64,000 nt of DNA from Paramecium tetraurelia (lineage: Eukaryota). A program made the translations under genes and the position numbers. Below, piece by piece: positions 1-15,698 of this stretch. The notes below the pieces were generated by a model. That model saw nothing but the letters and a program-made list of their open reading frames with translations. It was not told the origin of the DNA and searched no databases. Where the stretch lies: positions 62,001-126,000 of the forward strand of contig CT867987.1 of assembly GCA_000165425.1 (NCBI GenBank), in the 5' to 3' direction. Position 1 is the stretch's first letter; each line of letters begins with the position of its first letter.

Positions 1-967
1 TGGCTAATATATTTCTATTTACCAAATGGTGAAGGATAGAAACATAAGAAACTTATAATTGAATTGGCTGAAAAATACGCAGGTATTTTTAGAGTCGCTG
101 CTATTGATTGTGAAGATGATGAGGCATTGTGTGAAGATGAGTTCTCAGTCAAACGATATCCCTCTGTTTCCATTTATGCATCTCGTCTCTCTGCAGAACC
201 AATTAAGTATAAGGGAAAGTGGGAATTAAATGAATTAGCAAAGGAGGCTGTTGATTTGATGGAAGATTTTGTTATTGTTTTAAGTGGTTTCAATTTCCAA
301 GAGTATATTGAAAAATCAAAACCTAAAGTTATTCTATTTACCAATAAAAAATCAACACCTCCTTTGTTTAAGGCCCTTTCAAAAGAATTCAAAGGCAAAT
401 TGGAATTTGCTATGATTAGACAATCTGAAAGACAATTGTCATAGATATTCAAGATAACAGAGTATCCGAGTTTGATAGTTGCTTAAAATGATCAAGATTT
501 CAAATTGTTTGAATCGGAATTCAAAAAAGATTAGATTGTTAAGTTTCTGAGATAATTTGCATATGGATAGAAGAAGGAACCATAATAGAAAGTAATTTAA
601 CAGTTGACTGGTTAAAATTATGAATAATGTATATCGAAAGGGAAGGACTTATGTTTCCTATTGTTAATATAAAATGAATTAGATTTAGAGATGATATCTA
701 AAATACCAAGTAAATATTAAAATGAAAATATTTCATTCTATTATGGATCTCTTAAGTATTTAATTTGATCATTATAGGTAATTGGCATCCAAATTTGAAC
801 CAAATTAGACCTCTTCATATGCTGTGATTATCAAACCAAAGCGATAAACTTATGCTGTTTAAAATTCAATAGAAACAAATGATATCATAACATTTATTGA
901 TGATGTACTTGGCGGAGGTAGAACTTTCAACAAAATGCATTCCACTATTAGAAGAGAAGAGTTGTGA
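1..967 (+). CDS. ER-resident thioredoxin/PDI-like protein (5' truncated by the window)
   Basis: Code-6 translation WLIYFYLPNGEGQKHK...FRVAAIDCEDDEALC...YPS (thioredoxin fold), then KPKVILFTNKKSTPPLFKALSKEFKGKLEFA. Intron at 756-777. Ends IDDVLGGGRTF...RREEL-TGA (ER retention-like signal). Confidence 0.8.
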
Positions 968-1020
968 ATTATTTTTGTTAATTTAATTTGCTTTTATTCG
1001 TTAATTTTAACAACTAACTA

Positions 1021-2131
1021 ATGGATAACATAGTATAACATGTGGATGATGAATATAATGAAGGGAAACAGGATTCTTATCAACAACCTGAAAAACTATC
1101 AGACAATTTAGCAAGAACAGTTTTCTTTGATTCCAACAATCTTCCTTAAGTGGAATGTTACTACCATAAAGGATATTATATATCTAACATGTGTCGAGCA
1201 CCTCAATGTATAATACCCTTATGTCCTCTTTGCATACATCTTCATTCTAAGGAACATGTCAACGAAGGCACATATCCAGTATTTGAGTCATTAGAAGTCT
1301 TATTAAATCAAGCAAGTGATCATGTTAATAATGAATGTAAGCTTTAGATTATATCCTTTTAGTGAAGAAATTTACTAATTCATATTACGATATCAAAAAG
1401 CATGTGAATACTTTTGAGGTTCATGCAGATAAAACTATAAAAAAGATTAGAGAAATTAAGAAACGTATATAAGATGTCGTTGAACAATTCTTCAATGGTT
1501 TAGAGAATGAAGTCTAACATAAATAGAAGAAGAATGTGAATAATTAAGAGAGAGATGCTAAACATTTACTATCAATGATTGAAGAGAGATGGAGATCAAT
1601 GAAATAGATGTTAAATACATTTTAGAGTTCTGATTGTTTAACAGCTCTCATTCCCTATTTCACAACAACCTTTTAAGAAGACAATCATGTTTATTATAAA
1701 AAGATAGGGGAGTACATAAATGCATTTCCAACTGTCAGTAGTGAAGTCTAAATCGATTAACATAGAGCGTATTTTAATTTATATATATTAGCTCTGAGTT
1801 GAGTTTGTTTTTAGGTTCAATAATACGAGTTCAGCATACATCAATTCCTGATTTTATTGGCATTCATTAATTGCCTACTACCAATGTTACTGAAAGCACT
1901 AAAATCAATTCTCTTTAGGGTAGCAGAATCAAGGAACCATTGCGTGTCACCATCCAGGAAAAGAAAACTCAATTTGAATCTTAAGATCATCAGAAATTAC
2001 CTGTTTAGGATATTCGAGCTTAAAGAAGTCCACCTCCGAATGCTTAATCTATCTATCCTTATCCAGTACACCCCTCTATGCATCAATATCCTCCATAGCA
2101 TTATTTACCTCCTCAATATCATAGATTTTGA
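1021..2131 (+). CDS. B-box-like zinc finger plus coiled-coil protein
   Basis: ATG at 1021. Cys/His cluster CYYHKGYYISNMCRAPQCIIPLCPLCIHLH, then a helical region and a Pro/Tyr-rich tail ending YLPPQYHRF-TGA. Short introns inferred. Confidence 0.65.
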
Positions 2132-2238
2132 AAGACATTATTACAAAATAATATTATATAATGATGCGATTTATTAAACTTAAAAGTATTCTAATTTTTA
2201 AATTGCAGACTGCAAATTAATTATTAAATATCATAAGA

Positions 2239-2870
2239 ATGAGCTAAAGTAAAGTTAAACTTAATTTTATTCAGAATTTTAAACCTTCTTTATTTATATT
2301 GATAAATAAAAAATTTAATAGAGTCTTTATCTATTCTACTTGGACATAAATCAATAATCATAATATCGTTGTAGCAGTATAATTATATAGATTTGGAAGC
2401 AATTTTCTATTTACTAGTTATATTGTCTAATAATGATAGTCAATTTCGTTTCATAAAATACTCTTTATTTATGGATCAACGTAAGATTTTTTTTAAGGAA
2501 CTACTAGAAAATAGGATGTGAATATAATTAATCATATTTCCTTGTGTAGCCTTGCTCCCTACATTTATTAATACGTATATTAGATTAATTGTAGTGTAAC
2601 AAAGTATATTTTAATATTGATTTTGGTTCCAGAAACAGTAAAAGAAAGAAACTTTGGAATGATTCAGCATTCAAAGTGACAATCAAAATTGAATTGATGG
2701 CAATCATGAATGTCCTTTTTGTGGATGTGCATATGAATCAGAAGATTATATATAAATATTGACTTATTGTTGATTTCATGAATAATGCACATTGAGGAAT
2801 GTTTACATTATAAAACCTTAGAGTTGAATTAATGTAAATTAAATATGCCACTTTATAGAAAAGTCATTTG
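2239..2870 (+). pseudogene. Probable decayed transmembrane RING-H2 E3 ligase
   Basis: ECPFCGCAYESEDYIQILTYC*FHEQC with in-frame TGA at 2771-2773, a frameshifted (C)PLYRK relic downstream, and hydrophobic stretches upstream. Confidence 0.4.
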
Positions 2871-2912
2871 ATAGCATATTACATATATATATTTAGAATT
2901 TTGAATAGATAT

Positions 2913-3350
2913 TCATATAAAACTGAATAAGCCAAAGGCTGGAAATTAGAGTTTATTATTCTAAGGCTTTGGAACATCCTTAATTGGTAATTTTGAATAT
3001 TTAAACTCCATCTTCTTTGGTTCATATGTAATGAATTTAAACATGCCATAACTAAAAACGACTAATAGAATCATAGGCATGAATCCAGCCATGAAAATAA
3101 CAGCAGGAACCGATCCAAAAAACGCATAATGACTTGCCAATTTATTCTCTGTAATCGGTTGGAATAGCCTTGCAAATCCATCTCTTAATGAGCAAAACCA
3201 AGTGTATAATCTTGGTTCTTGTTAATCATAAATAGACACATCATTTTAAGCCTGCTCAAGTAAATTCAATGCTCCTTGCAATGTATGTCTCTCCACCTAT
3301 GCATTTATGCACAATCCGAAAAATAGAATTGCTAGAATAACTTATTTCAT
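2913..3350 (-). CDS. Small membrane protein with signal peptide (145 aa)
   Basis: Intronless code-6 ORF starting MKQVILAILFFGLCINA, with a hydrophobic segment VPAVIFMAGFMPMILLVVFSYGMF and a TGA stop. Confidence 0.7.
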
Positions 3351-3425
3351 TAATTAACAATCATAAAAATCACATTAATCATACACTCAAAAACTTAATA
3401 AACTATTAAAATTACAATTCAGCAT

Positions 3426-6400
3426 AATGATTCAAAATATTGCAATTATAATTTCAGACTTCCTCAGAAGAGATATCCTACTCTATTTTCAAGCCTTCAT
3501 TTTTATTTCTCAATTACATAAACCTGAAATCTTAGATGTAAATTATACAAACTGTGTTTGTTCTCACAATCTAGCTTAAAAAATACTCAAATTTGGAGAC
3601 CTAACAATTGAAATTGTATCTATGATTCTTATTAGACTTTAAAAAGTGAAATTATCAGTCTTTGTGATTTAGGAATTGAAGAAGTCCAAAAAAGAGAAAT
3701 ATTTCAATTGCAAAATTATTAGTGACTAAAATGCAACAAACTATCTAGATAACAGATTGAATGTAGTACTGCCTACTCTATCCTCATCTCATTATTGTAT
3801 TTAAAGATCAATTCTATGAAGCCAAATCTGGCTGTAATTTATGGTAAAAGAAGGGGATGCTATAAATAACTAATAATGCTCTCAAGTGGACATATTTTAA
3901 GTATTAAATTCATTAATCCATAAACATAACATTGCTCATTTTTCATTCATTTAGATTTCTTTAATTTAAATATTTTCATCCTTCTCTTCTCTGCCAAACC
4001 CAATTTAATTGTCAAATATGTTTCAAAGTAGATAAAATGAGTACTCTAACATTGACAAGTCAATTTTGTTCTTAGGATGTAAGATATTTCCTAATAAATT
4101 CCTCATTTTATAGAAATTCTACATTCATTAAAGCAAAGGCAAGGTAGCAGGTTTTCTAAAATTCATGTCTTGACAAGATACAAATCTTAAATAACAATAT
4201 TAATTACCATAAATTAAAAATATCTTTATTAAAAAGAAATAATTAAATTATTTTGAGCGTATAAATTAGGATGTATGATATTAGATTTATTAAAAATAAC
4301 TTTAAAAAATTAAAGTGTTCAATGAAATAATAGACTAAACCTCATTCAGGTTGCTTTGATAATTCCTTAAAAGCTCCTCAAAAATTTTTTCAGAGATTAA
4401 TATAATTAAGTGAAAACTTTCAAGTCTAAGAATCTTCGCAAGAAGGAATCCAAGTTATTAAATATCATCATCAAATAAGTTCAAACTCTCTACAAAATAG
4501 AAGAAGTACTAAAAAAAATCATCACAATTTACCACTAAAACATTTACTGACTATCTTAGAAAATAAATCCTGTCTTCTATCACAATTAGAATAACAATGA
4601 CAATTTTGTAATTTCTTTATTATCAATATTATTTTTTACTTTACTTTCTTGAACCTTGTAGCTAATTGTTTACATTACTTATTATCACAATTTTTTAATT
4701 ATAAGCTTAAATATTTCATATATATTACCAATTAATAAAAAAATGAAAATTGTATAAATTTTAGTGAAACCTCCTATTTTCTATAAGCCGATTTAATATA
4801 GACTATTATAAACAACTGAATAAATGAAAATGAAACTTTTAAGATAATTACAGGAGATTGCTTTTAAATATTGCAAAAAAAATAAAAAACTAATTCCTGT
4901 TTATATGAACTAAAGAAATCCTCTTGATATGCAGCATTAAGACTCACAGTTCTACAATTATATTTAAAAATTTTATTATAAATTATTATTAGTCGTTTTA
5001 AAATGTACATATGATAAATGAGATTCAATCTGTTTATCGATTATCAATCATTCTATAAAATTTGTTGATTCTAAATCAAATATTAGTATTTTTAACTAAT
5101 TCTCAAGTGAATATTATGTGTCGTAAATACTAATAATTAATCAAAGTTATATTAGAGTATATGAGATATTGTTGTGAATAGACTAGTGGATACACACACA
5201 TTTATCCATTAATTCAAAGGGATTATCTTGAAAAATAGAGTATGAAAATAATTTTGTTAAATAAACAATTACAGAAAGTGTTGAATTATTTTTAATATAA
5301 TTTTTATAATCATTTTTTATTAATCCTTATCCTTAAGGTATAAATATATAAAATTGAAGATGTTTCTGATCCAAAATTTAAATTATAAGAGTTTCTATAT
5401 AGAAGGAGAAAATGCATATATATGATATTAATTAATAAAGTACTAGTATATTTCATGATATATTAAATTCTTTAGATACTCTATCAATATATTTAAGGAA
5501 GCGAACTCTTACACAGTGGGCACGTAAGGTTAATTTACATCCATTATATCAAACAAAAGGGATGAAATATATGATTCTAAGAATAGAATTAAGTCTTACG
5601 CATGGAGTGCTCATTAATAATTGCAGTTAAGTAGCCATATTTAAAGTTTGGATATGAACAGGTTCTTCTGAATTTAGGATAAGTTCTGGGGGACTTGTTA
5701 GATTGACCAAACAAATTGAACAATCTATTTTGGAATGATCATTTGTCTACTTGATGAGATAATTAAATTTTTTATTCGAAAGGATGAACAATCCATAATG
5801 ACATTGAAAATAGTAAATTAAGGATTATATTAGAAAAATTAGAATGATGGTTCCAAAAATGACTATATTATATTTAAGCATTAAAATGTTATTAGAATAT
5901 CCTGTAAAGTATAGCGAAAATAACAATCTTGGAAATAGGATTCCAATATAGTTAGAGTTAAATCTCTATCGTTTTCCTGTAAAAAATGTGAATAATATTT
6001 AAGGAAGCAAAATCAAATTCAGAAGGATTTATCCATATGAGTTTTATATTTAAAGGAATAAAAATGTAATGATTAGAAACTAAACGAAAAAAAATACAAT
6101 TTCCTTCATATCATAGTTTGCTGTTTGCTATATATTTATTTTAAATTATTACTGCTAATTTAACTTTCATTTTTAGATCAAATAAAATGGTAATCATTTG
6201 AGAACCTAAACAAGGAATATAGAAGCATAATCCTATGGTATCAAATAGGAGTATGTTAAATATGCACATATAAATGTCTTGAGTAAGTATAATTGACATC
6301 GTGATTGATCCTCCCTAATTTGGTCTAGGGTCTGAATTAAAATAGTGATGTGAATTAAATATTTGAAACATTTAAATGAAAATGATAAGTGCTAAATAGA

Positions 6401-6960
6401 TTAACATTTGCATAGAATTGTGAGAGATGTATAGATATATTTTCTCTTCAGTCAGCTAACAAGCGTTGTCAAAATCACTATAAATTTGAAGATTTTTTGG
6501 TTTTTGAATTTCTAATTCAAGTGTTGCTTTGCAATACTATGGAGTATGATTTCTGTTAATTTACAGAGTAATTTAGGTTAAGACATTTTTCCAAGTCATT
6601 CGACTAAATATTAACATAATATAGATACTTTTAGACTGAATCAAAGTAATAGGAACTATTATTCAATAAGTAGCTCAGTCTCATAAAGTAAGGCTCTCTT
6701 TAGTTATTATTCTGTCTGAGATAGACCTGTAAAATGAAGTTCTTGCTATCAAAATTGATGCTTAAGTAAACCGGGTGTTTTGAGTTTACTTTCCATTAAC
6801 CAAGTATCAACTAATTTTCATTTTCAATCAAGTATTGATATGCTGATTGTAAATCATGAGAGACGGTAGTATTATTAGTTAATACTTCACAGATTGTGCA
6901 TCTAAATATCAATAATGACAAAATTATTCTCATAATATATTGTTAATTAATAAATAATTT
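3426..6960 (+). pseudogene. Decayed coding-like region, possibly remnants of Cys-rich surface/membrane protein gene(s)
   Basis: Coding-like composition, but the frames I followed are broken by TGA or frameshifts. Fragments such as QNCERCIDIFSLQSANKRCQN near 6410-6480. Confidence 0.3.
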
Positions 6961-7068
6961 TAACATTTATTTATCAATTTCAGACACCAAACCGTTATTA
7001 CTTCCCTGAAATATGATATTCAATTTAAAAATGTAGAAGATAATTTCTATGAAATGAAAACATATACA

Positions 7069-8654
7069 TCATTTAAATATATCAATCAATTTGCCAATTC
7101 CAATTGCTATACCGATTACTAGGATAAAGGAATATAAAGATATTCTAAGATTTTTAGGCATACGCTTTAAAAGTCCTGAATGATCATTACACTTCAAATC
7201 TTCCTAAAATATTATTAAAACAAAATCAAACTTCATCGTTAAGTGAGAATTTAGTGAAATCCACCTAATCCACTAAATACTCTGTTGATTCCACACTAGC
7301 TTAAATTTAATTGTAATTTGGCTAATTTTATACCTGGGTAGCTTTTTTTCTATACAAACAAGTCAGATGCAAAGCAATTGGTATGATATATTCTTGGAAC
7401 AATCCAATAACAGCTCTGTAAAATATTATCAAATTCTCTTACCCACATAGACTAATGATTAAAGACAAGTCAACTTCAACACATTGAACTATTAGACAGG
7501 TTATTGCATAGGTCAATGAAAAAGCATAGAATTACCATTTGGGTTATCTTTCCAATTCATAGATGAGACCGAAGAACTAAGATCTCGTTATGAATTGTAA
7601 AACAGGGAAGACAAGGGTCAATTATAAGAAGAGTAAAACTTAAATAACTATTACTAAGGGATTGTCAGATGGATAATAGTCCAAAAGAGTAGATCCACTT
7701 TTTCCGTCTTACTTTTAATTATTTGCTAATGCTCCAGCAACAGCAAAGGCTCCAAATGTGCCAGCCATACAATATACAAACCATGTCCATCCAAATCCAA
7801 TGGCAATATCGCGATTGTTATTTTATTAGATCATATTATTCTTCATAATTGGTACAACCATAGATTATATCAATAAAGCTAAAGCAAATGTACCAGCCAT
7901 AGTGGATACATCCCAACTAAACCATTTCAAATTATCTACAACTCCTTAATGATCTGTCACTAACATATAAATTCCTTAATATATGGTGAATAAAATGAAA
8001 GAGAAAACTGAAATAATTCCATACGGAAGTAGTTGCAAAATGATTCCCAGTTTCTTTTAGAAAAACATAGGCAATATAAATAAGGTGTAACCAATTCCGA
8101 TCCATTAGTATGAAAGTTTAGAGAGAGTAATTTCTGTTAGTTGTGCACTTTCAATGCCAATATTATCACATATTATTTAAATTAAGGGGTAAAGTTGATT
8201 GCAAATTAAGATCATATAGATAATTCCACTTGCCCAGAGGAGGATGACATTGCTAATGTTGAAGACGGTTTTCCATTTGGACCCTAGGACTCTTTACAAG
8301 GTGTCTGGCAAATCCATCTATTTATTGATGAATTGAGTATACCTCATCTGTTTTATTATGTACAATTAACAATTGAGTTGTTCTGCACGAAATCAACCCA
8401 ATGATAATGGCTATCATAATTCCCAAGCCTATTCCGGATTAACAAAATAGAACTGGGAAAACCAAAGTACTTGTGCCGACCATCGAGTTGGAGACAGAAA
8501 TGATGGTTTGTAACGAGGAAGCCTTGCCTGTTTGCGCAATTGAGCTCTTTTTTATGGATTTGATTAATGATTTCTTTTCCCTCTTGGATACAGATTGTTT
8601 AAGCACTTTCTGAATTTATTAGCTGACTTCAGCTTCTTATGCTAATTATGCCAT
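7069..8654 (-). CDS. Amino acid transporter, SLC38A9-like (Aa_trans family)
   Basis: TM1 motif TIISVSNSMVGTSTLVFP; AGTFALALLIQSMVVPIMKNNMIQQNNNRDIAIGF; YIIPIALHLTCL. Multiple TM segments and short introns. Confidence 0.8.
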
Positions 8655-8989
8655 AAAATTTATTAAACATTGAATTACACTTCCAGAATTAAAAAAATAA
8701 GATGTTGTTGTCAATCGATGGTCCTAAAATTGTTAAATTGTGACTGTGCAAGAGTTTGGAGTCAACAAGAAAAATTGTTTTTGAGTTCCAGGAATTAATT
8801 AATAATTGATACGAATTAATTAAACAGCTCAAATCTTCTGATGTTGCTAAGTTTTGTTGGGGTCTAGGCTCATTAAAGGAATAAATCCCAGGCAACTTAG
8901 TCATACATATGGGGGAATGCAGTAGTATTAATTGGCAAACAAATCAGAACAATTAAAATATGGGAATAATTTATTTAATTAATAAATTT

Positions 8990-11239
8990 ATGGGAAGTAC
9001 CTTTGCATGCCAGGGTTAGAAGAAGGAAAGAAAGAAAAATGCTGAGTATCTCTTTGTAATTAGTAAATTTATTAATATATGTAATTTATCGTTCTATTAT
9101 GCAGTTGATAATTATGAATTGCAAATGTTGTTTATGATTTACAGAGACTTGGCAGACCGTTCTTAAAATCACTTAATTTGTAGAGACACCTTCAACACTT
9201 ATTTTAAAATAATAGTTTGTAGAATAGCGATGATTAATTTAGGGAATTTGGGGTGAATAAATATTCAATAAATTTACTCACAAACAAGAGGATTACATGA
9301 GTTTCGAAGAATTTCTTACAGGATTGTAAATGTATATAAAATGTTCAGAAGATCAGCAAATTAAGAACTTATTCAAATTGTATGATTTAAAAAATCAAAA
9401 TGGAATTGCAAAAACTGATTTTTTACAGATGGTATTTCTCAATTTATAATTTAGTTGCATAATTATTCTAAAGAGGAAATTAAAGTCATTTTAAATGATC
9501 AATTATTTTTAGAAGAATAACAAATCATAAACGCCTATCATAGAACAACAAAAGTAAAGCCTCGAAAAGGGAGCGAGGATTTCCTCAAAATGTCATGTAA
9601 TTCTCAATTCATTCTTCATAGTATAAATGTTCAGAAAGTACAGTAACATTTCAGAAAATAGAGAGCCTATTTAAAATGACCATTAAAATCACTTATAAAT
9701 GGATGTCCTGCAAAGTCAAAATTCTAGACAATCAATCGATTAGATATTCACATTAGACAGCAAAGCATAAATAGATGGTATACCTATGAAAGGATTTGGG
9801 ATCAACCTCACATTTCAAGTATGCAAATGAAGTAGATTCTATAGGTGAATGGGCAGAAGATTGAAATGCAAGCCAATTTGAATTTGTTAATTAAAAAATA
9901 TGTTGAAATGGTTTATAAGGCAAAGAATGATTAACCAATTCATTTGGAGGATTTTACGATCTTTGTCAGACAACATCCGAATTTAATTACGCCTTTGTAT
10001 TGTGTATTCAATTTTGATGTATGGGGAATGAACAATAATATACCCAAATATAAGAGTTTGTAAATAATTAACTAAACATAGACCTTTAGATATTCAAGGA
10101 GAATTATATAGAATTTCATAGAAGAGCAAAATAAAAACAAAGTTCTGTCAATTATATCCGAATATCTTGATGGAATTTTAGAAGAAAAACGACGTTAAAC
10201 CTACAAGTATAAAGCAGTAATTAAATACTTAGAAATTATTTGTTTGAGTGGATTGATAATTGAAGAAAGAGTGGATCATGTTAATCAGAAGTTTGGATTT
10301 GAAATCTTTCATATGAATCCACATTATAAACACAAGGTTTATCATTGTTCTGATGAAATATCATTTAGAGAATGGCAAAGAGCGTTGTCTCTCTATTTTA
10401 ATGGAGAAGTCAATAAGAAATATTCTATTCTTGATAAAATAGGGGAGGGTAAATACTCAATAGTCTACAGATGTCAATCTAAAATCGATAAAAAGTTTTA
10501 TGCCTTAAAAGTAATTAATAAAATGAATCTTCCTCAAGAAGAGTAGGATATTGTGAAACATGAAATAAGCATCACTAAATTATTAAATCACTCTTGCATT
10601 ATTAATTTGATTGATTCGGTTGAGAATAGAGATCAGATTCATATTATTACAGAAATAATTGAAGATGGAGATCTGTTTGATTATGTTTAAAATAAATAAT
10701 ACTTAGATGAAAGTGAAGCAGCCATCATATTTAATTAATTGCTTGATGCTCTGTCCTACATTCATTCGATTGGAATAGTACACAGAGATATAAAACCAGA
10801 GAACATTTTGATGATTTTGGATAAAAACACTGTTAAACAAATTAAATTGATTGACTTTGGTTTGGCTAATCATCTCTCAAAGATCCAAAAAAATAATGAA
10901 TATCAAAATTATCACTGTGGAACTTGTAATTACTAAGCCCCTGAAATGTTACAATTTTAAGAAATTACATTTTCTGTTGATGTTTTCGCACTTGGAGTGA
11001 TTTTATATTATATGTTAAGTGGTTACTTGCCATTTGATTCTGACATACCATTAGAAATCATACAGAACACTATTGATGGCATATACAACATGGATGATTA
11101 TCATTGGCAATGCGTAAGCGAAGAAGCCAAAGATCTAATAGTGGCATTATTACACAATTAACCTAGCAAGAGACTAACTGTAAATGAAGCCAAGGAACAC
11201 ATCTGGATTAAAAAGCAATTGGCTAAAAATAATAAATGA
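8990..11239 (+). CDS. CDPK7-like kinase: N-terminal EF-hands, PH domain, CAMK-type kinase
   Basis: MGSTFAC N-terminus. EF-hand-like [11 protein letters not shown] and [23 protein letters not shown]-like GELYRIS...FGFEIFH...FREWQRAL. Kinase motifs [32 protein letters not shown]. Confidence 0.85.
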
Positions 11240-11254
11240 TGAATATATTTCATA

Positions 11255-11721
11255 TCAAATGGCTGCCAATAGTTTTTATTTTTCAGCTTCTTTTTTCTCC
11301 ATTTCTATCAACTTGTCTTAAATCATCTTATTCTCAACAACCTTCTTCAACCTTCCTCCATAATAGGTGGCCAAGGCTTATACAAAGTAAAAGCCGAAAA
11401 AAATCACAGCACTTATGATGCTAAATTGCATGGAATTGGCCTTGGCTATTTATAGAACTAATGTAATTACCTCCCTCAACAAGACCATACCAAATTGGAA
11501 GGCATGCTCCACAAGTTACCAGGGTGAATAGGATCACGTATATATAATCCTTGAACTCAAAGGGATAATATCCTGGCAGGGATCCTTGAAATTTCGGCTT
11601 ATATGCTCCAAATTTTCTAAGTTTTAATTAACTCTCTCTCTTACCTTGTATATCCCTCATCCAACATGGGATCATCCATTGAAGGATGGTCAACGATATG
11701 ATATCTGTTACTTAGTTCCAT
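11255..11721 (-). CDS. Small two-TM membrane protein
   Basis: Starts MELSNRYHIVDHPSMDDP. Two introns restore the frame; two hydrophobic helices and a charged C-tail ending KLLAAI-TGA. Confidence 0.7.
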
Positions 11722-12289
11722 TTTTAGAACAATAAATATGAATAATTTAATTGAATCATTTAGGGTTTATATTATATAAATAAAATTACAAATCTTTAAT
11801 AATTAATAAATTCTGATGCCGTTAAAAAAAGAACTTACAAGAATATAATACGTAATTACTCAGTTCTTAATCTATATGAATTTTAATTTTTAAAACTATT
11901 TTATAGATAACACCAATACAGTCAGCTATTTTTGTCTATTCAATATTAATTAATTTTCAACAATTTCTAACAAACAAGATGAAATATTTGTTACTATCTA
12001 ATTAATTATTAAATAATTTTAATTTAAATTACATGACAGTTTATATTATTCTATTAAAATTAAGAATATAAAGGAATTTCGAGTTGCTTACTTAATTCGT
12101 TGATTTTTCTAAGTCAAATTAAGATTGGCCGCCTGAAAGTGAAAATTCTTGAACAACTTAAATATTAGCTGGGACATCAAGTTATTGGAATCGTAAGGCT
12201 TTCCTTGCCATGATGGTTCGAATGAAACATAGGAATTCCTCTAATAGTTATATATGCTTTAAAAATTTAGAATAAAATTAATATTATTT

Positions 12290-15623
<3,334 letters not shown>

Positions 15624-15698
15624 TTATTGATTTTAATTTCTAAATTAAACTAAATTCTTGACAATTCAAAACAATTTGTTATGCTTATATTTATACTC

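Noticed and set aside
8689..8904. 71-aa minus ORF upstream of the transporter
   Set aside because: Out of frame with the transporter, no intron of plausible size joins them, and no recognisable motif.
12075..12245. Slightly GC-richer intergenic patch as a possible ncRNA
   Set aside because: No tRNA, snRNA or snoRNA box structure recognisable by eye; a covariance-model search would be needed.
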